From positions 21,687,175-21,751,174 of the forward strand of contig NC_092677.1 of the NCBI RefSeq assembly GCF_964355755.1: a stretch of DNA of 64,000 nucleotides. Reading direction: 5' to 3'. The position numbers and the translations under genes are program-made. Shown here piece after piece: positions 1 to 14,400 of this stretch (the stretch's first letter is position 1; every line of letters starts with the position of its first letter). Under the pieces are notes generated by a model. That model was given only the letters and a program-made list of their open reading frames with translations. It was not told the origin of the DNA and made no database searches. Source of the stretch: Antedon mediterranea (Eukaryota > Animalia > Echinodermata).

Positions 1-2341
1 TTTCAATTAAAAAAAAAAGAAAAAAAATATTAGTAGAGGTTCGAACCAACTACTGCGAGAACTCAAACCTGAGCACTACCGGTTACGCCACAAACCAGTA
101 GATGACTGAAGAGCTGATAATACTCTATTTATATGAAATTAATAATAAATCAATGAAAAATAATGACATGCAACTTTGTTTCTGATTTTAAAAAAGGTTC
201 ACTTGTTTAGGCCTGACATTTACAACCCTCAAAATATCTCACTTTCAAAAACAATATTTATTTTAAATAAAAAAAAAAAAGAAACAAAATATCCCTAGAG
301 GTTCGACCCACTACTCAGAGCACTCAAACCTGAGCATTACCCGTTACGCCACAAACCAGTAGATGACTGAAGAGCTGATAATAGTCTATTTATATGAAAT
401 GAATGATCAATCAATGAAAAATAATGCCATGCAACTTTGTTTCTGATTTTAAAAAATATCCATTTGTTTAGGCCTGACATTCACAACCCTAAAAAATATC
501 TCATTTTCAAAAAAAATATTTATTTTCAATAAGAAAAAAAAAAGCAATATCCCTAGAGGTTCGAACCCACTACTGCGAGAACTCAAACCTGAGCATTACC
601 CGTTACGCCTCAAACCAGTAGATGACTGAAGAGCTGATAATACTCTATTTATATGAAATTAATAATAAATCAATGAAAAATAATGCCATGCAACTTTGTT
701 TCTGATTTTAAAAAAGGTTCACTTGTTTAGGCCTGACATTTACAACCCTCAAAATATCTCACTTTCAAAAACAATATTTATATTAAATAAAAAAAAAAAG
801 AAACAAAATATCCGTAGAGGATCGAACCCACTAGTGAGAGCACTCAAACTTGAGCATTACCCGTTACGCCTCAAACCAGTAGATGACTGAAGAGCTGCTA
901 ATACTCTATTTATATGAAATAAATAATAAATCAATGAAAAATAATGCCATGCAACTTTGTTTCTGATTTTAAAAAAGGTCCACTTGTTTAGGCCTGACAT
1001 TTACAACCCTCAAAATATCTCACTTTCAAAAACCATATTTATTTTCAATTTAAAAAAAAAAGAAAAAAATATCCCTAGAGGTTCGACCCACTACTCAGAG
1101 CACTCAAAATTGAGCATTACCCGTTACGCCACAAACCAGTAGATGACTGAAGAGCTGATAATAGTCTATTTATATGAAATGAATGATCAATCAATGAAAA
1201 ATAATGCCATGCAACTTTGTTTCTGATTTAAAAAAAGGTCCACTTGTTTAGGGCTGACATTTACAACCCTCAAACTATCTCACTTTCAAAAACCATATTT
1301 ATTTTAAATTTAAAAAAAAAAGAAAAAAAATATTCGTAGAGGTTCGAACCCACCACTGCGAGAACTCAAACCTGAGCACTACCAGTTACGCTACAAACCA
1401 GTAGATGACTGAAGAGCTGATAATAGTCTATTTATATGAAATTAATAATAAATCAATGAAAAATAATGCCATGCAACTTTCTTTCTGATTTTAAAAAAGG
1501 TTCACTTGTTTAGGCCTGACATTTACAACCCTCAAAATATCTCACTTTCAAAAACAATATTTATTTAAAAAAAAAAAAAAAAAACAAAATCTTCGTAGAG
1601 GTTCGAACCCACTAGTGAGAGAACTCAAACTTGAGCATTACCCGTTACGCCACAAACCAGTAGATGACTGAAGAGCTGATAATACTCTATTTATATGAAA
1701 TAAATAATAAATCAATGAAAAATAATGCCATGCAACTTTGTTTCTGATTTTAAAAAAGGTCCACTTGTTTAGGCCTGACATTTACAACCCTCAAAATATC
1801 TCACTTTAAAAAACCATATTTATTTTCAAATTAAAAAAAAAAGAAAAAAATATCCCTAGAGGTTCGACCCACTACTCAGAGCACTCAAAACTGAGCATTA
1901 CCCGTTACGCCACAAACCAGTAGATGACTGAAGAGCTGATAATAGTCTATTTATATGAAATGAATGATCAATCAATGAAAAATAATGCCATGCAACTTTG
2001 TTTCTGATTTAAAAAAAGGTTCACTTGTATAGGCCTGACATTTACAACCCTAAAAATATCTCACTTTCAAAAACAATATTTATTTTCAATTTTAAAAAAA
2101 AAATCCCTAGAGGTTCGAACCCACTACTGAGAGAACTCAAACCTGAGAATTATCCGTTACGCCACCAACCAGTAGGTGACTGAGGAGCTGATAATAGTCT
2201 ATTTATATGAAATGAATGATCAATCAATGAAAAATAATGCCATGAAGCTTTGTTTCTGATTTTAAAAAAGGTTCACTTGTTTTGGCCTGACATTTACAAC
2301 CCTCAAAATATCTCACTTTCAAAAACAATATTTTTTCAATT

Positions 2342-2353
2342 AAAAAAAAAAAA
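2342..2353 (-). terminator. Oligo(T) Pol III terminator-like tract, example monomer
   Basis: An A-rich tract on the plus strand lies directly 3' of the minus-strand tRNA-like unit in every monomer. It is often interrupted by one G, and pure runs exceed 20 nt in some monomers. Confidence 0.65.
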
Positions 2354-2361
2354 GAAATAAA

Positions 2362-2432
2362 ATATCAGTAGAGGTTCGAACCCACTAGTGAGAGCACTCA
2401 AACTTGAGCATTACCCGTTACGCCACAAACCA
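2362..2432 (-). pseudogene. Representative tRNA-derived element of a satellite monomer (degenerate tRNA/SINE-like; isotype not assignable); one occurs in every monomer
   Basis: Minus strand reads TGGTTTG TG GCGT AACGGGTA ATGC T CAAGTTTGAGTGCTCTCACTA GTGGG TTCGAAC CTCTA CTGATAT TTT. The D-arm GCGT/ATGC can pair, the TTCGA T-loop lies at linear position ~53-57, length is ~71 nt, and a T-rich tract follows. Anticodon, T and acceptor stems are only partly paired. Confidence 0.7.
2373..2425 (-). promoter_or_regulatory. Pol III type-2 internal promoter, example monomer: A box 2415-2425, B box 2373-2382
   Basis: Minus-strand TGGCGTAACGG matches the A-box consensus TRGCNNARYGG. GGTTCGAACC matches the B-box consensus GTTCRANNC. 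Spacing is that of an intronless tRNA. Confidence 0.75.
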
Positions 2433-2460
2433 GTAGATGACTGAATAGCTGATAATAGTC

Positions 2461-2468
2461 TATTTATA
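2461..2468 (-). promoter_or_regulatory. Upstream TATA box TATAAATA, example monomer (-36 to -29 from tRNA-like position 1)
   Basis: Plus-strand tatttata is conserved in nearly all monomers (tatatata in one subtype), at the distance typical of TATA elements upstream of tRNA genes. The AT-rich background lowers specificity. Confidence 0.5.
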
Positions 2469-5400
2469 TGAAATGAATGATCAATCAATGAAAAATAATG
2501 CCATGCAACTTTGTTTCTGATTTTAAAAAAGGTTCACTTGTTTAGGCCTGATATTTACAACCCTCAAAATATCTCACTTTCAAAAACCATATTTATTTTC
2601 AATTTTAAAAAAAAAGAAAAAAAATATCCCTAGAGGTTCAACCCACTACTCAGAGCACTCAAACCTGAGCATTACCCGTTACGCCACAAACCAGTAGATG
2701 AATGAAGAGCTGATAATAGTCTATTTATATGAAATGAATGATCAATCAATGAAAATAATGCCATGCAACTTTGTTTCTGATTTTAAAAAAGGTCCACTTG
2801 TTTAGGCCTGACATTTACAACCCTCAAAATATCTCACTTTCAAAAACAATATTTATTTTAAATAAAAAAAAAAAAAGAAACAAAATATCCGTAGAGGATC
2901 GAACCCACTAGTGAGAGCACTCATACTTGAGCATTACCCGTTACGCCTCAAACCAGTAGATGACTGAAGAGCTGCTAATACTCTATTTATATGAAATAAA
3001 TAATAAATCAATGAAAAATAATGCCATGCAACTTTGTTTCTGATTTTAAAAAAGGTCCACTTGTTTAGGCCTGACATTTACAACCCTCAAAATATCTCAC
3101 TTTCAAAAACAATATTTATTTTCAATAAAAAAAAAAAAAAAAAATATTCGTAGAGGTTCGAACCCACTACTGCGAGAACTCAAACCTGAGCATTACCCGT
3201 TACGCCTCAAACCAGTAGATGACTGAAGAGCTGATAATACTCTATTTATATGAAATTAATAATAAATCAATGAAAAATAATGCCATGCAACTTTGTTTCT
3301 GATTTTAAAAAAGGTCCACTTGTTTAGGCCTGACATTTACAACCCTCAAAATATCTCGCTTTCAAAAACAATATTTATTTTCAATTAAAAAAAAAAGAAA
3401 AAAAATATTAGTAGAGGTTCGAACCCACTACTGCGAGAACTCAAACCTGAGCACTACCGGTTACGCCACAAACCAGTAGATGACTGAAGAGCTGATAACA
3501 GTCTATTTATATGAAATGAATGATCCATCAATGTAAAATGATGTTATGCAACTTTGTTTCTGATTTTTAAAAAAGGTCCACTTGTTTAGGCCTGACATTT
3601 ACAACCCTCAAAATATCTCACTTTCAAAAACAATATTTATTTTCAATTTAAAAAAAAAAGAAAAAAAGTATCCCTAGAGGTTCGACCCACTACTCAGAGC
3701 ACTCAAACCTGAGCATTACTTGTTACGCCACAAACCAGTAGATAACTGAAGAGCTGATAATAGTCTATTTATATGGAATTAATGATAAATCAATGAAAAA
3801 TAATGCCATGCAACTTTGTTTCTGATTTTAAAAAAGGTCCACTTGTTTAGGCCTGACATTTACAACCCTCAAAATATCTCACTTTCAAAAACAATATTTT
3901 TTTCAATAAAAAAAAAAAAAAAAAAAAATATTCGTGGAGGTTCGAACCCACTACTGCGAGAACTCAAACCTGAGCATTACCCGATACGCCTCAAACCAGT
4001 AGATGACTGAAGAGCTGATAATACTCTATTTATATGAAATTAATAATAAATCAATGAAAAATAATGCCATGCAACTTTGTTTCTGATTTTAAAAGAGGTT
4101 CACTTGTTTAGGCCTGACATTTACAACTCTCAAAATATCTCACTTTCAAAAACAATATTTATTTTAAATAAAAAAAAAAAAGAAACAAAATATCCCTAGA
4201 GGTTCGACCCACTACTCAGAGCACTCAAACCTGAGCATTACCCGTTACGCCACTAACCAGTAGATGACTGAAGAGCTGATAATAGTCTATTTATATGAAA
4301 TGAATGATCAATCAATGAAAAATAATGCCATGCAACTTTGTTTCTGATTTTAAAAAATATCCATTTGTTTAGGCCTGACATTCACAACCCTAAAAAATAT
4401 CTCATTTTCAAAAAAAATATTTATTTTCAATAAGAAAAAAAGCAATATCCCTAGAGGTTCGAACCCACTACTGCGAGAACTCAAACCTGAGCATTACCCG
4501 TCACGCCTCAAACCAGTAGATGACTGAAGAGCTGCTAATACTCTATTTATATGAAATAAATAATAAATCAATGAAAAATAATGCCATGCAACTTTGTTTC
4601 TGATTTTAAAAAATGTCCACTTGTTTAGGCCTGACATTTACAACCCTCAAAATATCTCACTTTCAAAAACAATATTTATTTTCAATAAAAAAAAAAAAAA
4701 AAAAATATTCGTAGAGGTTCGAACCCACTACTGAGAGAACTCAAACCTGAGCATTACCCGTTACGCCTCAAACCAGTAGATGACTGAAGAGCTGATAATA
4801 CTCTATTTATATGAAATTAATAATAAATCAATGAAAAATAATGCCATGCAACTTTGTTTCTGATTTTAAAAAAGGTTCACTTGTTTAGGCCTGACATTTA
4901 CAACCCTCAAAATATCTCACTTTCAAAAACAATATTTATTTTAAATTAAAAAAAAAAAAGAAAAAAAATATCCGTAGAGGATCGAACCCACTAGTGAGAG
5001 CACTCAAACTTGAGCATTACCCGTTACGCCACAAATCAGTAGATGACTGAAGAGCTGATAATACTCTATTTATATGAAATAAATAATAAATCAATGAAAA
5101 ATAATGCCATGCAACTTTGTTTCTGATTTTAAAAAAGGTCCACTTGTTTAGGCCTGACATTTACAACCCTCAAAATATCTCACTTTCAAAAACAATATTT
5201 ATTTTCAATAAAAAAAAAAAAAAAAAAATATTCGGAGAGGTTCGAACCCACTACTGAGAGAACTCAAACCTGAGCATTATCCGTTACGCCACCAACCAGT
5301 AGGTGACTGAGGAGCTGATAATAGTCTATTTATATGAAATAAATGATCAATCAATGAAAAATAATGCCATGAAACTTTGTTTCTGATTTTAAAAAAGGTT

Positions 5401-8400
5401 CACTTGTTTTGGCCTGACATTTACAACCCTCAAAATATCTCACTTTCAAAAACAATATTTTTTCAATTAAAAAAAAAAAAGAAATAAAATATCAGTAGAG
5501 GTTCGAACCCACTAGTGAGAGCACTCAAACTTGAGCATTACCCGTTACGCCACAAACCAGTAGATGACTGAAGAGCTGATAATAGTCTATTTATATGAAA
5601 TGAATGATCAATCAATGAAAAATAATGCCATGCAACTTTGTTTCTGATTTTAAAAAAGGTCCACTTGTTTAGGCCTGACATTTACAACCCTCAAAATATC
5701 TCACTTTCAAAAACAATATTTATTTTCAATAAAAAAAAAAAAAAAAAAAATATTCGTAGAGGTTCGAACCCACTACTGAGAGAACTCAAACCTGAGCATT
5801 ATCCGTTACGCCACCAACCAGTAGGTGACTGAGGAGCTGATAATAGTCTATTTATATGAAATAAATGATCAATCAATGAAAAATAATGCCATGAAACTTT
5901 GTTTCTGATTTTAAAAAAGGTTCACTTGTTTTGGCCTGACATTTACAACCCTCAAAATATCTCACTTTCAAAAACAATATTTTTTCAATTAAAAAAAAAA
6001 AAGAAATAAAATATCAGTAGAGGTTCGAACCCACTAGTGAGAGCACTCAAACTTGAGCATTACCCGTTACGCCACAAACCAGTAGATGACTGAAGAGCTG
6101 ATAATAGTCTATTTATATGAAATGAATGATCAATCAATGAAAAATAATGCCATGCAACTTTGTTTCTGATTTTAAAAAAGGTTCACTTGTTTAGGCCTGA
6201 TATTTACAACCCTCAAAATATCTCACTTTCAAAAACCATATTTATTTTCAATTTAAAAAAAGAAGAAAAAAAATATCCCTAGAGGTTCGACCCACTACTC
6301 AGAGCACTCAAACCTGAGCATTACCCGTTAGGCCACAAACCAGTAGATGAATGAAGAGCTGATAATAGTCTATTTATATGAAATGAATGATCAATCAATG
6401 AAAATAATGCCATGCAACTTTGTTTCTGATTTTAAAAAAGGTCCACTTGTTTAGGCCTGACATTTACAACCCTCAAAATATCTCACTTTCAAAAACAATA
6501 TTTATTTTCAATTAAAAAAAAAAGAAAAAAAATATCCCTAGAGGTTCGACCCACTACTCAGAGCACTCAAACCTGAGCATTACTCGTTACGCCACAAACC
6601 AGTAGATGACTGAAGAGCTGGTAATAGTCTATTTATATGAAATGAATTATCAATCAATGAAAAATAATGCCATGCAACTTTGTTTCTGATTTTAAAAAAG
6701 ATCCATTTGTTTAGGCCTGACATTTACAACCCTAAAAAATATCTCATTTTCAAAAAAAATATTTATTTTCAATAAGAAAAAAAAAAGCAATATCCCTAGA
6801 GGTTGGAACCCGCTACTTAGAGCACTCAAACCTGGGTATTACCCGTTACGCCACAAACCAGTAGATGACTGAAGAGCTGATAATAGTCTATTTATATGAA
6901 ATGAATGATCAATCAATGAAAAATAATGCCATGCAACTTTGTTTCTGATTTTAAAAAAGGTCCACTTGTTTAGGCCTGACATTTACAACCCTCAAAATAT
7001 CTCACTTTCAAAAACCATATTTATTTTCAATTTAAAAAAAAAAGAAAAAAAATATCCCTAGAGGTTCGACCCACTACTCAGAGCACTCAAAACTGAGCAT
7101 TACCCGTTACGCCACAAACCAGTAGATGACTGAAGAGCTGATAATAGTCTATTTATATGAAATAAATGATCAATCAATGAAAAATAATGCCATGCAACTT
7201 TGTTTCTGATTTAAAAAAAGGTTCACTTGTTTAGGCCTGACATTTACAACCCTAAAAATATCTCACTTTCAAAAACAATATTTATTTTCAATTTAAAAAA
7301 AAAAAATCTAGAGGTTCGAACCCACTACTGAGAGAACTCAAACCTGAGCATTATCCGTTACGCCACCAACCAGTAGGTGACTGAGGAGCTGATAATAGTC
7401 TATTTATATGAAATGAATGATCAATCAATGAAAAATAATGCCATGCAACTTTGTTTCTGATTTTAAAAAAGGTTCACTTGTTTTGGCCTGACATTTACAA
7501 CCCTCAAAATATCTCACTTTCAAAAACAATATTTTTTCAATTAAAAAAAAAAAAGAAATAAAATATCAGTAGAGGTTCGAACCCACTAGTGAGAGCACTC
7601 AAACTTGAGCATTACCCATTACGCCACAAAAAAATAGATGACTGAAGAGCTGACAATACTCTATTTATATGAAATAAATAATAAATCAATGAAAAATAAT
7701 GCCATGCAACTTTGTTTCTGATTTTTAAAAAGGTCCACTTGTTTAGGCCTGACATTTACAACCCTCAAACTATCTCACTTTCAAAAACCATATTTATTTT
7801 AAATTTAAAAAAAAAAAGAAAAAAAATATTCGTAGAGGTTCGAACCCACCACTGCGAGAACTCAAACCTGAGCACTACCAGTTACGCTACAAACCAGTAG
7901 ATGACTGAAGAGCTGATAATAGTCTATTTATATGAAATTAATAATAAATCAATGAAAAATAATGCCATGCAACTTTCTTTCTGATTTTAAAAAAGGTTCA
8001 CTTGTTTAGGCCTGACATTTACAACCCTCAAAATATCTTACTTTCAAAAACAATATTTATTTAAAAAAAAAAAAAAAAAGAAACAAAATCTCCGTAGAGG
8101 TTCGAACCCACCAGTGAGAGAACTCAAACTTGAGCATTACCCGTTACGCCACAAACCAGTAGATGACTGAAAAGCTGATAATACTCTATTTATATGAAAT
8201 AAATAATAAATCAATGAAAAATAATGCCATGCAACTTTGTTTCTGATTTTAAAAAAGGTCCACTTGTTTAGGCCTGACATTTACAACCCTCAAAATATCT
8301 CACTTTCAAAAACCATATTTATTTTCAATTTAAAAAAAAAAGAAAAAAATATCCCTAGAGGTTCGACCCACTACTCAGAGCACTCAAAACTGAGCATTAC

Positions 8401-11400
8401 CCGTTACGCCACAAACCAGTAGATGACTGAAGAGCTGATAATAGTCTATTTATATGAAATGAATGATCAATCAATGAAAAATAATGCCATGCAACTTTGT
8501 TTCTGATTTAAAAAAAGGTCCACTTGTTTAGGCCTGACATTTACAACCCTCAAACTATCTCACTTTCAAAAACCATATTTATTTTAAATTTAAAAAAAAA
8601 AGAAAAAAAATATTCGTAGAGGTTCGAAACCACCACTGCGAGAACTCAAACCTGAGCACTACCAGTTACGCTACAAACCAGTAGATGACTGAAGAGCTGA
8701 TAATAGTCTATTTATATGAAATTAATAATAAATCAATGAAAAATAATGCCATGCAACTTTCTTTCTGATTTTAAAAAAGGTTCACTTGTTTAGGCCTGAC
8801 ATTTACAACCCTCAAAATATCTCACTTTCAAAAACAATATTTATTTAAAAAAACAAAAAAAAAAACAAAATCTTCGTAGAGGTTCGAACCCACTAGTGAG
8901 AGAACTCAAACTTGAGCATTACCCGTTACGCCACAAACCAGTAGATGACTGAAGAGCTTATAATACTCTATTTATATGAAATAAATAATAAATCAATGAA
9001 AAATAATGCCATGCAACTTTGTTTCTGATTTTAAAAAAGGTCCACTTGTTTAGGCCTGACATTTACAACCCTCAAAATATCTCACTTTAAAAAACCATAT
9101 TTATTTTCAATTTAAAAAAAAAAGAAAAAAATATCCCTAGAGGTTCGACCCACTACTCAGAGCACTCAAAACTGAGCATTACCCGTTACGCCACAAACCA
9201 GTAGATGACTGAAGAGCTGATAATAGTCTATTTATATGAAATGAATGATCAATCAATGAAAAATAATGCCATGCAACTTTGTTTCTGATTTAAAAAAAGG
9301 TTCACTTGTATAGGCCTGACATTTACAACCCTAAAAATATCTCACTTTCAAAAACAATATTTATTTTCAATTTTAAAAAAAAAATCCCTAGAGGTTCGAA
9401 CCCACTACTGAGAGAACTCAAACCTGAGAATTATCCGTTACGCCACCAACCAGTAGGTGACTGAGGAGCTGATAATAGTCTATTTATATGAAATGAATGA
9501 TCAATCAATGAAAAATAATGCCATGCAACTTTGTTTCTGATTTTAAAAAAGGTTCACTTGTTTTGGCCTGACATTTACAACCCTCAAAATATCTCACTTT
9601 CAAAAACAATATTTTTTCAATTAAAAAAAAAAAAGAAATAAAATATCAGTAGAGGTTCGAACCCACTAGTGAGAGCACTCAAACTTGAGCATTACCCGTT
9701 ACGCCACAAACCAGTAGATGACTGAATAGCTGATAATAGTCTATTTATATGAAATGAATGATCAATCAATGAAAAATAATGCCATGCAACTTTGTTTCTG
9801 ATTTTAAAAAAGGTTCACTTGTTTAGGCCTGATATTTACAACCCTCAAAATATCTCACTTTCAAAAACCATATTTATTTTCAATTTTAAAAAAAAAGAAA
9901 AAAAATATCCCTAGAGGTTCGACCCACTACTCAGAGCACTCAAACCTGAGCATTACCCGTTACGCCACAAACCAGTAGATGAATGAAGAGCTGATAATAG
10001 TCTATTTATATGAAATGAATGATCAATCAATGAAAATAATGCCATGCAACTTTGTTTCTGATTTTAAAAAAGGTCCACTTGTTTAGGCCTGACATTTACA
10101 ACCCTCAAAATATCTCACTTTCAAAAACAATATTTATTTTCAATTAAAAAAAAAGAAAAAAAATATTCGTAGAGGTTCGAACCCACTACTGCGAGAACTC
10201 AAACCTGAGCACTACCGGTTACGCCACAAACCAGTAGATGACTGAAGAGCTGATAACAGTCTATTTATTTGAAATGAATGATCCATCAATGTAAAATGAT
10301 GTTATGCAACTTTGTTTCTGATTTTAAAAAAAGGTCCACTTGGTTAGGCTTGACATTTAAAACCCTCAAAATATCTCACTTTCAAAAACCATATTTATTT
10401 TCAATTTAAAAAAAAAGAAAAAAAATATCCCTTGAGGTTCGACCCACTACTCAGAGCACTCAAACCTGAGCATTACCCGTTACGCCACAAACCAGTAGAT
10501 GACTGAAGAGCTGATAATAGTCTATTTATATGAAATGAATTATCAATCAATGAAAAATAATGCCATGTAACTTTGTTTCTGATTTTAAAAAAGGTCCACT
10601 TGTTTAGGCCTGACATTTACAACCCTCAAAATATCTCACTTTCAAAAACAATATTTATTTTCAATAAAAAAAAAAAAAAAAAAATATTCGTAGAGGTTCG
10701 AACCCACTACTGCGAGAACTCAAACCTGAGCATTACCCGTTACGCCTGAAACCAGTAGATGACTGAAGAGCTGATAATACTCTATTTATATGAAATGAAT
10801 AATAAATCAATGAAAAATAATGCCATGCAACTTAGTTTCTGATTTTAAAAAAGGTTCACTTGTTTAGGCCTGACATTTACAACCCTCAAAATATCTCACT
10901 TTCAAAAACAATATTTATTTTAAATAAAAAAAAAAAAAAATATCCGTAGAGGTTCGAACCCACTAGTGAGAGCACTAAAACTTGAGCATTACCCGTTACG
11001 CCACAAACCAGTAGATAACTGAAGAGCTGATAATAGTCTATTTATATGAAATGAATGATCAATCAATGAAAAATAATGCCATGCAACTTTGTTTCTCATT
11101 TTAAAAAAGGTCCACTTGTTTAGGCCTGACATTTACAACCCTCAAAATATCTCACTTTCAAAAACAATATTTTTTTTTCAATAAAAAAAAAAAGAAAAAA
11201 AATATTCGTAGAGGTTCGAACCCACTACTGCGAGAACTCAAACCTGAGCATTACCCGTTACGCCTCAAACCAGTAGATGACTGAAGAGCTGATAATACTC
11301 TATTTATATGAAATTAATAATAAATCAATGAAAAATAATGCCATGCAACTTTGTTTCTGATTTTAAAAAAGGTTCACTTGTTTAGGCCTGACATTTACAA

Positions 11401-14400
11401 CCCTCAAAATATCTCACTTTCAAAAACAATATTTATTTTAAATAAAAAAAAAAAGAAACAAAATATCCCTAGAGGTTCGACCCACTACTCAGAGCACTCA
11501 AACCTGAGCATTACCCGTTACGCCACAAACCAGTAGATGACTGAAGAGCTGATAATAGTCTATTTATATGAAATGAATGATCAATCAATGAAAAATAATG
11601 CCATGCAACTTTGTTTCTGATTTTAAAAAATATCCATTTGTTTAGGCCTGACATTCACAACCCTAAAAAATATCTCATTTTCAAAAAAAATATTTATTTT
11701 CAATAAGGAAAAAAAAAGCAATATCCCTAGAGGTTCGAACCCACTACTGCGAGAACTCAAACCTGAGCATTACCCGTTACGCCTCAAACCAGTAGATGAC
11801 TGAAGAGCTGATAATACTCTATTTATATGAAATTAATAATAAATCAATGAAAAATAATGCCATGCAACTTTGTTTCTGATTTTAAAAAAGGTTCACTTGT
11901 TTAGGCCTGACATTTACAACCCTCAAAATATCTCACTTTCAAAAACAATATTTATTTTAAATAAAAAAAAAAAAAAGAAACAAAATATCCGTAGAGGATC
12001 GAACCCACTAGTGAGAGCACTCAAACTTGAGCATTACCCGTTACGCCACAAACCAGTAGATAACTGAAGAGCTGATAATAGTCTATTTATATGAAATGAA
12101 TGATCAATGAATGAAAAATAATGCCATGCAACTTTGTTTCTGATTTTAAAAAAGGTCCAGTTGTTTAGGCCTGACATTTACAACCCTCAAAATATCTCAC
12201 TTTCAAAAACAATATTTTTTTCAATAAAAAAAAAAAAGAAAAAAAATATTCGTAGAGGTTCAAACCCACTACTGCGAGAACTCAAACCTGAGCATTACCC
12301 GTTACGCCTCAAACCAGTAGATGACTGAAGAGCTGATAATACTCTATTTATATGAAATTAATAATAAATCAATGAAAAATGATGCAATGCAACTTTGTTT
12401 CTGATTTTAAAAAAGGTTCACTTGTTTAGGCCTGACATTTACAACCCTCAAAATATCTCACTTTCAAAAACAATATTTATTTTAAATAAAAAAAAAAGAA
12501 ACAAAATACCCGTAGAGGTTCGAACCCACTAGTGAGAGCACTCAAATTTGAGCATTATCCGTTACGCCACAAACCAGTAGATGACTGAAGAGCTGACAAT
12601 ACTCTATTTATATGAAATAAATAATAAATCAATGAAAAATAATGCCATGCAACTTTGTTTCTGATTTGTTTAGGCCTGAAATTTACAACCCTCAAAATAT
12701 CTCATTTTCAAAAACCATATTTATTTTCAATTTAAAAAAAAAAGAAAAAAAAAATCCCTAGAGGTTCGACCCACTACTCAGAGCACTCAAACCTGAGCAT
12801 TACCCGTTACGCCACAAACCAGTAGATGACTGAAGAGCTGATAATAGTCTATTTATATGAAATGAATGATCAATCAATGAAAAATAATGCCATGCTACTT
12901 TGTTTCTGATTTTAAAAAATATCCATTTGTTTAGGCCTGACATTTACAACCCTAAAAAATATCTCATTTTCAAAAAAAATATTTATTTTCAATAAGAAAA
13001 AAAAAGGCAATATCCCTAGAGGTTCGAACCCACTACTGCGAGAACTCAAACCTGAGCATTACCCGTTACGCCTCAAACCAGTAGATGACTGAAGAGCTGA
13101 TAATACTCTATTTATATGAAATTAATAATAAATCAATGAAAAATAATGCCATGCAACTTTGTTTCTGATTTTAAAAAAGGTCCACTTGTTTAGGCCTGAC
13201 ATTTACAACCCTCAAAATATCTCCCTTTCAAAAACCATATTTATTTTCAATTTAAAAAAAAAAGAAAAAAAATATCCCTAGAGGTTCGACCCACTACTCA
13301 GAGCACTCAAAATTGAGCATTACCCGTTACGCCACAAACCAGTAGATGACTGAAGAGCTGATAATAGTCTATTTATATGAAATGAATGATCAATCAATGA
13401 AAAATAATGCCATGCAACTTTGTTTCTGATTTAAAAAAAGGTTCACTTGTTTTGGCCTGACATTTACAACCCTCAAAATATCTCACTTTCAAAAACAATA
13501 TTTTTTCAATTAAAAAAAAAAGAAATAAAATATCAGTAGAGGTTTGAACCCACTAGTGAGAGCACTCAAACTTGGGCATTACCCGCTACGCCACAAACCA
13601 GTAGATGACTGAAGAGCTGATAATACTCTATTTATATGAAATAAATAATAAATCAATGAAAAATAATGCCATGCAACTTTGTTTCTGATTTTAAAAAAGG
13701 TTCATTTGTTTAGGCCTGTCATTTACAACCCTCAAAATATCTCACCTTAAAAAAAAATATTTATTTTCAATAAAAAAAAAAGAAAAGAAAAATCCCTAGA
13801 GGTTCGAACCCATTACTGCGAGCACTCACACTTGAGCATTACCCGTTACGCCTCAAACCAGTAGATGACTGAAGAGCTGATAATACTCTATTTATATGAA
13901 ATGAATAATAAATCAATGAAAAATAATGCCATACAACTTTGTTTCTGATTTTAAAAAAGGTTCACTTGTTTAGGCCTAACATTTACAACCCTCAAAATAT
14001 CTCACCTTCAAAAACAATATTTATTTTCAAATAAAAAAAAAAGAAAAAAAATATCCCTAGAAGTTCGAACCCACTATTGAAATCACTCAAACCTGAGCAT
14101 TAACCGTTCGCCGCAAACCATTTTATGACTGAAGAGCTGATAATAGTCTATTTATATGAAATGGATGATCAATCAATGAAAAATAATGCCATGCAACTTT
14201 GTTTCTGATTTTAAAAAAGGTTCACTTGTTTAGGCCTGACATTTACAACCCTCAAAATATCTCAATTTCAAAAACAATATTTATTTTAAATAAAAAAAAA
14301 AAAGAAACAAAATATCCGTAGAGGTTCGAACCCACTAGTGAGAGCACTCAAACTTGAGCATTACCCGTTACGCCACAAACCAGTAGATGACTGAAGAGCT

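Noticed and set aside
2373-2382. Plus-strand Pol III gene using the palindromic B box GGTTCGAACC
   Set aside because: No A box lies upstream on the plus strand (it is an A tract) and no T tract follows. All other elements indicate the minus strand.
2362-2432. Functional tRNA with assignable anticodon (TTG Gln, TGA Ser or GAG Leu) in the satellite monomer
   Set aside because: The anticodon stem does not pair in canonical register, so the loop frame is ambiguous. Acceptor and T stems are incomplete.
2434-2520. Box C/D snoRNA-like motifs (gatga, ctga) on the plus strand
   Set aside because: There is no full RTGATGA box C, terminal stem or recognisable guide. Such short motifs are expected by chance.
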